DNA of 63,450 nucleotides, filler included, from Octopus bimaculoides (Eukaryota): assembly GCF_001194135.2 (NCBI RefSeq). It is 5 parts of 5 records of this genome, joined end to end, with 100 filler letters (N's around TTAATTAATTAA, not from the genome) between each part and the next. Parts side by side here need not be neighbours in the genome. Positions count along the whole stretch, not along the records: positions 1 to 16,492 come from NC_068991.1; 4 more parts are not named here. The stretch is one strand, 5' to 3'. Positions within the stretch are counted from its first letter, which is position 1. Each line of letters begins with the position of its first letter. Positions 1 to 9,689 of the stretch are shown here, piece after piece. A program made the position numbers and the translations under genes. The notes under the pieces are model-generated. The model ran no database searches and was not told the origin of the DNA. It saw only the letters and a list, made by a program, of their open reading frames with translations.

Positions 1-17
1 ATATATATATATATATA

Positions 18-480
18 CAAAAAAGGGACAACAAATCATCCAGATAGACGAGAAAAAGAAAACAAGGACAGGTCATTCGGAGTTTTCTTTCCTCGATCGA
101 ACTCCAGATTATCTTTGCTATTTCGGCTGGTTAACCTCGAGATTGCTCCAATCCGGCCAGCCCCAAGGAAAAACTACGCTAAGAGCATTAGATTCCTTGG
201 AAGAAAGCACCGAATGTATACGAAACCAAGGGCAGAAAAAAACGAAGGAAAAACAGGATATAACAACAGGTGTCTTTCGACTAAGGACGAATTAAATTAA
301 GCTGGCGTGTGTGGAAGTAAAGCCTTACGGCAGGGATGCAAGATTTCACAGGAATAGAGAAGAATATAGATGTTGCACGGACAACGGCCGAACCAAGAAA
401 GAAAGGTCAGACTTGGCCGAACACCGGTCACGTGGGAAGAAAAGAGAGAGAGGTGAAGGCAGAGGGAAGAAGAAATAAGG
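18..480. repeat. Unclassified non-simple segment, probably an interspersed repeat, containing a branched hairpin
   Basis: GGCTGG(125-130)/CCAGCC(157-162) stem enclosing GATTG/CAATC hairpin; no credible ORF; no second copy in the window. Confidence 0.3.
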
Positions 481-702
481 AGGGGCTAGAAAAAATGATA
501 CGGACTCAGTGAAGTGAAAAGAGGAGGGAAGGTGAGCATGAAGAGAAGGCAATGAAATGTGAGAGAAGGGGAACGAAAGAACGAAGAGTGGAATGAACGA
601 AATAAGCGTGAAAGGGCTGATAGAAAGAAGGAAAGAATAAACAAAATGAAAGAAGTCGTACAAGATTTAGATAAGTATATGCTTACATAATATATATATA
701 TA

Positions 703-753
703 CAACGAGCTTCTTTCAATTTCCAGAACAATGTGTTTGGGAAGCAAGCTTCT
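703..753 (-). mobile_element. 3' remainder of SINE family A, internally deleted
   Basis: Minus strand AGAAGCTTGCTTCC-CAAACACATTGTTCT-GGAAATTGAAAGAAGCTCGTTG-(TA)n matches the post-target and terminal parts of family A copies at 29556-29718, 35551-35706 and 44581-44750. Confidence 0.8.
740..753 (-). repeat. Target-site duplication copy 3 (AGAAGCTTGCTTCC)
   Basis: Plus strand GGAAGCAAGCTTCT at 740-753, identical to 2915-2928. Confidence 0.85.
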
Positions 754-1419
754 TTATTTCATTAAATTGGCTATAATGGCCTTGCATAGAGAAAGAAGCT
801 GCGGGCTTGATACAGACATAATGTCATATGAGATGAGAAGTGAAAATGATGATTAATGGGGGAAACAGACAACGCCCGCCGATTGTTGTTTCCCGAAAAC
901 ATTGTTCTCTTATTTATCATACATAAGGCAATAAACCTCTTACAATTGTTCATAATTGTTCATTAAAACACAAAATTGAGGTACTACGCCTCGTACCCTG
1001 GTTAAAAACAGGATGAGGTTTCAAACCTCTTATCAATTCACCATATCGAGGCTTTCCAACTTCTTACCCATATTCCTCTTCGGTATCGCTTGGGACCCCG
1101 TACCCTGCCATTTCGTGCGCCTCACTCAAGCACAAAGCGGGTGACGTGTCGGGACCGCCCGGCCACAAGCGATATGGTGGCAGAGGATGACTTAATTCAC
1201 TTAAAAGTGAACAATTTTGACCGACTGTAGGCAGTCCAGAATCCAGTGAGGATTTCTTGTTTGTACAAAAAATAATACAGCAAACAACAAACCCCCACTG
1301 GACCCCAAAACAAAAGTCTTACCTTACAGCTGAGCTTCGTTTTCAATCAATATTTTGCTAGTTGTATACCAGCGTGACGACTTCTGCAGTGTAAGAACAG
1401 CACTGGCACAACCGGAAAC
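754..1419 (-). mobile_element. Short (666 bp) non-autonomous non-LTR element B
   Basis: Bounded on both sides by the target duplication; 3' end GCCATTATAGCCAATTTAATGAAATAA resembles that of element A; no long ORF. Confidence 0.7.
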
Positions 1420-1433
1420 GGAAGCAAGCCTCT
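1420..1433 (-). repeat. Target-site duplication copy 2 (AGAGGCTTGCTTCC, 1 mismatch)
   Basis: Plus strand GGAAGCAAGCCTCT at 1420-1433, followed by TTATTTCA as at 754-761. Confidence 0.8.
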
Positions 1434-2914
1434 TTATTTCAATATTTTTGCCATAAAGGCATTACACAGAGGGAACACTACAACACATGTGGGGACATAT
1501 AACAATTAAAAATATAAAAATAAAATATATAATGAATGATATATGAAAATGCACGTGAATAACAAATTAAAAATATGATAACATGAATGATATCTGNNNN
1601 NNNNNNNNNNNNNNNNNNNNNNNNNNNNNNNNNNNNNNNNNNNNNNNNNNNNNNNNNNNNNNNNNNNNNNNNNNNNNNNNNNNNNNNNNNNNNNNNNNNN
1701 NNNNNNNNNNNNNNNNNNNNNNNNNNNNNNNNNNNNNNNNNNNNNNNNNNNNNNNNNNNNNNNNNNNNNNNNNNNNNNNNNNNNNNNNNNNNNNNNNNNN
1801 NNNNNNNNNNNNNNNNNNNNNNNNNNNNNNNNNNNNNNNNNNNNNNCGGGAGGGGGTATCCTTTCTTTTTCTTTTTTTTCTCTTGTGGGGAAATGGGGTG
1901 GGTGGGTTTGGTGTCTGTATGGGGAGGGTGGGTCTGAGTGGTCTTGGGTGGGATGGAGTTGGACTGGGGTACCACATCATACTCAGTGTCTTTTCTTTTT
2001 TTCCTCTTTCTCCTTCTGCTCCCTGAAACTTTCCTGTCTTCCTCTTTTTCTCCTTTCCTCCGTCTGTCTTTTCTTCCTCTCTTTTCTCTTCCGTCTCCAC
2101 GACTGCATATTGAGCCCTTGTCCTCTATAGGGGGAAGTATGCTCTAATGTGGCCATTGTGGCCACACATTTAAAACAACGTGGTACTCTGTCCTCTACCC
2201 ACTCCCTCAGCACGTCTCTGCCAAGTTCTCGAGATGACCCGCCTCCGCTTGAATGATTAGTTCTTGTGTCCTTCCTTTCCACCCTCCTTCTTCTGTTTCT
2301 GTGGCTTGGAGGACAGCTACCTCCTCCTCGCTTCCAACAATTGCTTCTACCCTCACCTTGGAAGTCTTTCTTCCAAGGTATGTGTGCAGAAGCACTACCT
2401 CCTCTATTTTCACCGCCACACTCGCTAACCTCCTCGCCTCCTCTACTGTTCTAAATTGTACGGCCATTGTGCCATATTTTCTTCCTTTCGTCATGTATAT
2501 TATTTCTTTCGACTTTTCTCTTAGTGCTTTGTCCATTTCAGCTTCCACCTGCTTGGCCTTTCTCCCTTTTAGCAAGAACACCTTATAGGTGATCGTTCTT
2601 CTTTCCATTGGCTCCATAACTCCTTTGCGGGGAGACAGTTTCACTTCCCCTCCCACCTTCTGTACCATCTTCTCATATTCCTTCAGACCGGCCAAGTCCA
2701 ACTCCCTTCGCTTCATCTCCGTAACCCCAGCAAAACTCTTTGTCTTTTCCAACACTCCGTCCATCTCTATGACTGCCCTTACCAGCTCTTCCTCTGCTGA
2801 AGACAACTCAGACCCGCTAAAATCTGAGTACATTGTCTCTATTCTCAAAGCAGCAACAAACACCAACGTCCGACACAACTGACAAACCAAATGCACTCTG
2901 GGTGACGCATGCGC
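1434..2914 (-). mobile_element. Non-LTR retroelement A, Tx1/L1-like ORF1; ORF2 not visible
   Basis: Short 5' leader, decayed gag-like ORF1, 251-N gap (1597-1847), AT-rich 3' end ...GCCTTTATGGCAAAAATATTGAAATAA; flanked by target duplications. Confidence 0.75.
1983..2833 (-). pseudogene. ORF1 (nucleic-acid-binding, RRM-like plus CCHC zinc knuckle), frameshifted
   Basis: ATG at 2833 (MYSDFSGSELSSAEEE...); RRM-like YGTMAVQFRTVEEARRLA; after frameshifts EDRVPRCFKC-GHNGHIRAYFP (last Cys lost), then a K/R/E-rich tail. Confidence 0.7.
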
Positions 2915-2951
2915 GGAAGCAAGCTTCTCACCATACAGCCACGCCTGCGCC
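2915..2951 (-). mobile_element. 5' head of SINE family A plus target-site duplication copy 1 (2915-2928)
   Basis: Minus strand GGCGCAGGCGTGGCTGTATGGTG-AGAAGCTTGCTTCC; A-box-like TGGCTGTATGG; matches heads of other family A copies in the window. Confidence 0.85.
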
Positions 2952-2959
2952 AATGTGTT

Positions 2960-2964
<5 letters not shown>

Positions 2965-3032
<68 letters not shown>
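2965..3032. repeat. (TG)n microsatellite
   Basis: Directly visible. Confidence 0.98.
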
Positions 3033-3034
<2 letters not shown>

Positions 3035-3052
3035 ATATATCTATATATATTT

Positions 3053-3941
3053 GTAACGTAAGATAAAAGATCAGTTTCAATAAGCCATATACACTACAAT
3101 ATGTATTGAGCATTCCCCTGTGATGTTTTCGACACAATTTAACATTTGTTAATGTATATAGCTCTTTACGTCTTAACAGACAGTGTAAGCGGCGGAGAAT
3201 GTCTTAATTATGTACTCGTAGTCTTCTTCCTGCAGCTTCTCTCGTGGCTTCCTATATTTGATGAGCAAGTTCTGCTGCAAAATCTGCAAGCAAGGAAGGT
3301 GCTACAGGGCTGCAGTGAGCTATCTTTCTTTCTTTGGCATTTTACCTTGAGTTGTTTGACTCCTTTGTTCACTGAAATTTTCCATACTCTTCTGTCTTCA
3401 GCTAACTTTTCTCAACTCTTTGCATTGATGTGGCATTCGGTCAGGCTCCTCTTACACGTATACTTGAATCTCGGCTTTGGTCCTCCTCTGAATCTGCTAC
3501 CCTGAGCCAACTCACCATATAACAACTGCTTTGGAATTCCGTTGTCATCCATCCACTTCACATGCACAAGCCATCTTGGTCTCCTTTTGCACAGAATAGT
3601 TCTCATGCTCTGAAGTGCTGCCTGTTTCAGGACTTTTGTGTTTTTAGCTGTCCATATGGAACAAATAAACCTCCCTCAATACCGCCAAATTCCACTCAGT
3701 GGCCACATAGACTCTTGCGCCAGAAACAAAAACCCTAAATTCATTATATTCCCTTTCTATCAATGTAAAGACAGATTCTCCACACAAGAAAGAATCAACA
3801 AGGTGAATCTTTTCATAGAGAAATTCCAACCATTTCTTAACACACACACACCTCAGTGACCTTATTTCTCTATGAACAGACATAAACTTCCTGTTGGGAA
3901 AAAAAGAGTTCATAACTCTAACTAAAAACACTTGTCTCCCC
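3053..3941 (-). mobile_element. RTE-clade LINE, decayed 3' fragment
   Basis: RRPRWLVHVKWMDDNGIPKQLLYGELAQGSRFRGGPKPRFK; EKLAEDRRVWK; C-terminal CRFCSRTCSSNIGSHERSC zinc-finger-like motif; stops and frameshifts. Confidence 0.85.
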
Positions 3942-5067
3942 NNNNNNNNNNNNNNNNNNNNNNNNNNNNNNNNNNNNNNNNNNNNNNNNNNNNNNNNNNN
4001 NNNNNNNNNNNNNNNNNNNNNNNNNNNNNNNNNNNNNNNNNNNNNNNNNNNNNNNNNNNNNNNNNNNNNNNNNNNNNNNNNNNNNNNNNNNNNNNNNNNN
4101 NNNNNNNNNNNNNNNNNNNNNNNNNNNNNNNNNNNNNNNNNNNNNNNNNNNNNNNNNNNNNNNNNNNNNNNNNNNNNNNNNNNNNNNNNNNNNNNNNNNN
4201 NNNNNNNNNNNNNNNNNNNNNNNNNNNNNNNNNNNNNNNNNNNNNNNNNNNNNNNNNNNNNNNNNNNNNNNNNNNNNNNNNNNNNNNNNNNNNNNNNNNN
4301 NNNNNNNNNNNNNNNNNNNNNNNNNNNNNNNNNNNNNNNNNNNNNNNNNNNNNNNNNNNNNNNNNNNNNNNNNNNNNNNNNNNNNNNNNNNNNNNNNNNN
4401 NNNNNNNNNNNNNNNNNNNNNNNNNNNNNNNNNNNNNNNNNNNNNNNNNNNNNNNNNNNNNNNNNNNNNNNNNNNNNNNNNNNNNNNNNNNNNNNNNNNN
4501 NNNNNNNNNNNNNNNNNNNNNNNNNNNNNNNNNTATATATATATATATATATATATATATACGCTGGGCGTCCGTATAATGCACATCACTATTAATAGTG
4601 ATGTCATTTATTATCTTTAGTTGTAGTAGTAGTGGTTATTGTTAGTATTATCATCAACGACATTATTGTTATTACTATTATCAGTACTAATGTTCGTTGT
4701 TATCCTTGCTATTACTATCATCATTTACATATATTCATTGCTTGTATCTATCACTTCGATCGTGGCGTCACCCGAAGACACAGAGCAAGAAATATTATGG
4801 CAGCAACGTTGTACAATTTACATAAATATGAGCATTTGAAAGTGAGAGGGTGTGCGGATATACTTAAGTATATGTACACTCTATGTACCTATGAACGTAC
4901 ACACCCTCTCTCACACACACACATATTTGCGTGTATGTGTACATATATATATATATATACTATATCATGTATATATACCAATACCCATATGAACACAATG
5001 AAAACTTTCTACATACGAAATACTATATGAAGCTTTGTCTGGATCCTGTATTAATATCACTATCTTT

Positions 5068-5159
<92 letters not shown>

Positions 5160-5176
5160 GGTGGTGGTGGTGGTGG
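5068..5176. repeat. (GTA)n/(GTG)n compound microsatellite
   Basis: Directly visible. Confidence 0.95.
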
Positions 5177-5476
5177 TTGCTGCTGCGGCTGTTATTCTTG
5201 TAGAGGTTGACGTTTTTGCTGTGTGTCATCCATCGGTGGAAACGTGTTCTACAGTAACGAGTCAAAGATACCGGATCGATAACCACGACTGTCGGCGCCA
5301 TGATGTCCCTTCGTTTACCATTCTAACTTTTCTTTCCATATCACCGATAACCTCTACAACACTAACATTAACAGACCAATTTATGATAGCCACCACCACG
5401 GTCAACAACAACTTTACCACTATCGCCTCACCATAATCACCAAGAATATTGCTATCGTCAACATCAGTGAAATCAC

Positions 5477-5515
<39 letters not shown>

Positions 5516-5598
5516 CATCATCATCATCATCATCATCCTCATTACCATCGTCGTCGTCGTCATCACTACCATAGTCATTATTATTATTATTATTATTA

Positions 5599-5629
<31 letters not shown>

Positions 5630-5814
5630 CCTTTTTATGTTTTTTTTCCTTCTTTCTTCAAATTTTCTTCCATTTCCCGACGAATGTTTTCCGTACACCT
5701 ATGGCAGAGAAGCTCATTGTATGCATTTCCAGTTTACACACGCAAATTCACAGGTAAAATATGTATTTTAGAAAAAAATTAATAAATAAATAAATTCATG
5801 AACGGATGTTGCTT

Positions 5815-5990
5815 TCACAGCGATAATGCTCTTCTCAGTAGATGACTCGTTCCAGTTATCACGATTTTTTGCACTTCCTGTAGGGATGGTAAGCCTGGTA
5901 TCATTTTCAAATAGGTTTCAGTACCTTTTTTTTATCATTCCTAGAGATCCTACAATCACTGGTACGGTAGTCGCCTTGAGGTGCCACATT
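5815..5990 (-). mobile_element. R4/Dong-like RLE LINE 3' fragment, copy 1
   Basis: KMWHLKATTVPVIVGSLGMIKK..TETYLKMIPGLPSLQEVQKIVITGTSHLLRRALSL* (one frameshift in an A run). Confidence 0.8.
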
Positions 5991-6012
5991 TTATTAATAT
6001 TATTATTATTAT

Positions 6013-6051
<39 letters not shown>

Positions 6052-6062
6052 AAGTAGTGAAT

Positions 6063-6272
6063 TCACAGTGACAATGCTATTCTCAATACATGTGACGTAC
6101 CAGTTAAGAAAATCTTTTCCACTTCCTGTTTGGATGGTAAACCAGAGATCATTCTCAAATAATTTTCAGTTCTTTTTTTTTTTTATCATTCCAAGTGTTC
6201 CTACAATCACTGGTATTGTAACCATCTTGAGATGCTACATCTTTTCGATTTCGATTAGCAAAGCTTTATATT
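6063..6272 (-). mobile_element. R4/Dong-like RLE LINE 3' fragment, copy 2
   Basis: KYKALLIEIEKM*HLKMVTIPVIVGTLGMIKK...LTGTSHVLRIALSL*. Confidence 0.8.
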
Positions 6273-6563
6273 TTCTGTGCGCATGCATACGGAGAGCAGA
6301 TGCATATGTGCATTCATGCACATGCACGCGCGCACACATATACTTGTATGGTTATACACAAGGGATGATGTACAATGGGCATGAGTATGCAGGTAGTATG
6401 CATGGAGAAGTGTTCGGGATTGGTGATTTGCGGTGCTGTTAATGGGAGTTAATTTGTGACGGTAAACTTGATGCAGGCGGTGCTAAGGGTGGCTGGTACT
6501 AAGGAGGTACGAGAAGAAAATGCCCAACATGAAAACTTGTTCAAGGATGTTTATAACTAAACA

Positions 6564-6607
<44 letters not shown>

Positions 6608-7325
6608 TGGTGGTGGTAGTGGTGGTGGTGGTGGCGGTTAATTTGGCCTCTTTCCTTGATTACAAAGAATTATTACCATCGTAGACAATAAACTGACTGA
6701 TTCGGTAGAGGGTCGGATTAAAGCTTTGAGATATTTTTTCCAGTTCTGTACAATTTGAGTTTCAGTATCGCATTTTATCATGTCAGGATCAAGTAAAGTC
6801 AAGTAATACAGTCCCTAGAATCAACATACCTCCTTCCCCCTCCCCCACTAACTGCCATTACCAAAACATTGCTAGTATTGTGCCTTAAGTCGGAAACAAG
6901 TGTTGAACTGGGACTATCGTTAGAAAATGTTCAGCAACCAACACAACTCACAAGACAGTGAGGGGAGGGGTAAATAGACTTTGGAGTTTTCCATCTCTTA
7001 AATGGATATTCCAATTACGACTAGGTGTCCATTGCTCCGATGTGGTACTATTGCGCGTTCTTTCACCGTCTCCAGTACTTTGATGCCCTTGCGATGTATT
7101 ACTATGTAGTCATTGGCCTATAAGGTGAGCTGTAGCGTCGGTCAGTTGTAATAGAATTGTATGAAGCAGAGACTCCCTCTATATTAAGATTTCCTCTTTC
7201 CTAACAAAAGCAGATAATGTTAGGGGACCAGCGTGAGCGTTTCCATATGTTTGTCAAACTACATGCTTGAATGAAAGTCTTTATCAAAGAGGAATTAACA
7301 CTGCGATGCCAAATTTTGTCCATTT

Positions 7326-7387
7326 TCAAGAGAAGTCGCTACTAGTTACTTTTGAAGCCTTCTTTGAGCGGTCAGATGTTAGTTTAC
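7326..7387 (-). CDS. Candidate terminal coding exon of an unidentified gene
   Basis: Acceptor ttgtttcttttcag| then GT AAA CTA ... TGA = (G)KLTSDRSKKASKVTSSDFS*; no homology recognised. Confidence 0.25.
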
Positions 7388-7549
7388 CTGAAAAGAAACA
7401 ATGCAATTATAAATAAGGGGAGCTGAAATTAATGCATGCAAGATTTCACAGCTCTAGCACCACACCTTCACAGTCAGCCAATGAACTTTTCAGACCAACC
7501 CTCGTATTTTAATGTCTGAACTCTGTCTCTCTCCCTCCCTCCTTCCCTC

Positions 7550-7586
<37 letters not shown>

Positions 7587-8670
7587 TTATCTATCTATCT
7601 CTATGTATCTATCTCAATCTCTCTTCCCAATGTTCCCTCTCCCTCTTTCTTACTCTCTCTTCTTCCCTTTTACGAAGCCGCTTAATTCTATGAAAATCCC
7701 TGTCAAATCATATCAAATGAAAAAGAGAAAAGACGAAGACCTCTGTATGCACGCGTGCGCGCACGCGTGTATGATGAAAGGAAATGCTCAAACTAGGATC
7801 CGTAAAACAGAAATATTTCCAGTTCAGCTATGTAGCTTTGGCCGCACATAGTGATCTAACTAAAAGTTCAGTCGTGAAACTACTGTATTTTCAATGACGA
7901 CTCCAATCCGTGATATGGTTATGTAATAAGAAATTACAGTTTCTAAAGTTCAATTCTTTATAACTTCCGCCCTAACCACTTTTATCTAATACCTTTTCAA
8001 CTTCTTTAACACCTTTTTTCTTCCTTTCTTTTTTTTTCTTTTTTCTTTTACTAAGTCGGCTGAGGGCGTTAACTGGCTTATATCAAGACTGGTGTCAGTC
8101 GGGGTCACATAAATCTGTCAGATTTTTACTGTAAGACATCTTTGCCTTTTAAGTACAGTTATTTCAATGTAGCATAATCCACTTTTATGTCATTAAAATG
8201 TACTGTATAGACATAAGACGGTAAACTTTTACGTGAGTGAGCAAAATACCTGTGTAACATAACTCATCTCAGTCGCCCGGACATTGGTGGGAAGGATGGT
8301 GTTACTCGCTATATAGAATAATAGCGGGAGTAGATACTTTCAAACCAGATGTTTGAAACCTCTAATCCAGGTGATACCACTCTCAAAATTTTCAACTCCT
8401 ACAAAGATTATCTTGAACACGTGACAGAAGGGCTTGGAAGGGGATTATCAAAGCTATCTGAAAATGCAGAACAAAATTTGTCAACACCGTACAACAGCTA
8501 CACAGTGTTCACAAGAGGTGTTAGCATTTCTTATAAGTTCCATATCTTTGTCGCTGTAAAACTTGTGGTAAGATAAGTATGTTGATAATACACGACCAAG
8601 GAACGGCGGCAATATGGTGAAAGATTTTGAGGTGCTATAAAGAATCTGTGTAAAGGTTTCAATATATATG

Positions 8671-8715
<45 letters not shown>

Positions 8716-8782
8716 NNNNNNNNNNNNNNNNNNNNNCAGACAGACAGACAGACAGAGACAGACAGAGACAGACAGAGACAGA

Positions 8783-8827
<45 letters not shown>

Positions 8828-8999
8828 GTTTCGGGGCAAATTCGACGATCTTTATGTCTCCTCTTTTCACGAACATGTATTGGTGAACGGTCATCGGCAT
8901 AAAGATCAAAGTTGTAGTTGAGAAGTTAGCTGAGATGGATGATTCGTACCGCGTATCAAAATGCCGACATCAATGCTCTCTGGACGCAGTAAAGGCTGT

Positions 9000-9560
9000 A
9001 AGTTGTGACATGCACATGCAACGGTGATTACGAACCTGTGACCAGCAGGAAATTGATGGTCTTCGCGTGTGTTTCCCGTAAGGGTGACGTCATGCAGCCT
9101 AGCATCTTTGATCAGAGCCTTAGTCTCAATCAGACAGCTATGTAAAGCCATTGTAGACAACGGCGACTCCTTGACTGGAAAGGCTTGCTGCCGGAAGGAC
9201 ATGTGTGACAGCAGGGTTCGGCTTCTTGCCATACTTCCGGAAATAGTCAGAATTAAATTGTCGGGGAATTTCTACGAGTTCACTTGTGCCAATTCTTGGC
9301 CTGCTAATTGCCCCGATTATTATCCCATGGGTTACTGAGTGAGGTGCGATTGAGAAAGACCACAACTGCTTTGTCAGCAACACCAAGGCTGAGCTGGCGG
9401 GCAAGATCAAGTAGGTGTTCAAAAATCTTTCTAGAGACACGCTCAGGAACGCATGTGCCAGGTCCGGAGCTGTCTTAAGATTCTGATGGGAGCTGAGGGC
9501 AGCTACTTCGAATAAACTATTATCTCCCAGCCATAATCTAGTTGGCATTAAAATTTTTTT
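9000..9560 (+). mobile_element. Tc1/mariner (DD37D/maT-like) transposase, decayed C-terminal half
   Basis: LMVFACVSRKGDVMQP...GHV*QQGSASCHTS...NFYEFTCANSWPANCPDYYPMGY...RNACAR; multiple stops and frameshifts. Confidence 0.8.
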
Positions 9561-9689
9561 TTAAAGCTCTTACTTTTGGATATTTTGTAAACAAAGCGAC
9601 CATCAGTCACTGATTTGCAACAAGCAAAATAACTAGTTGGCTCATCCTCAGTCGCGAGCACCCGTCTAGTATTGAAAACCTATCAGGCT

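Noticed and set aside
2834-2953. N-terminal extension of ORF 2207-2953
   Set aside because: Starts at a non-ATG codon upstream of the SINE head and reads through SINE, TSD and leader; the real ORF1 start is more likely the ATG at 2833.
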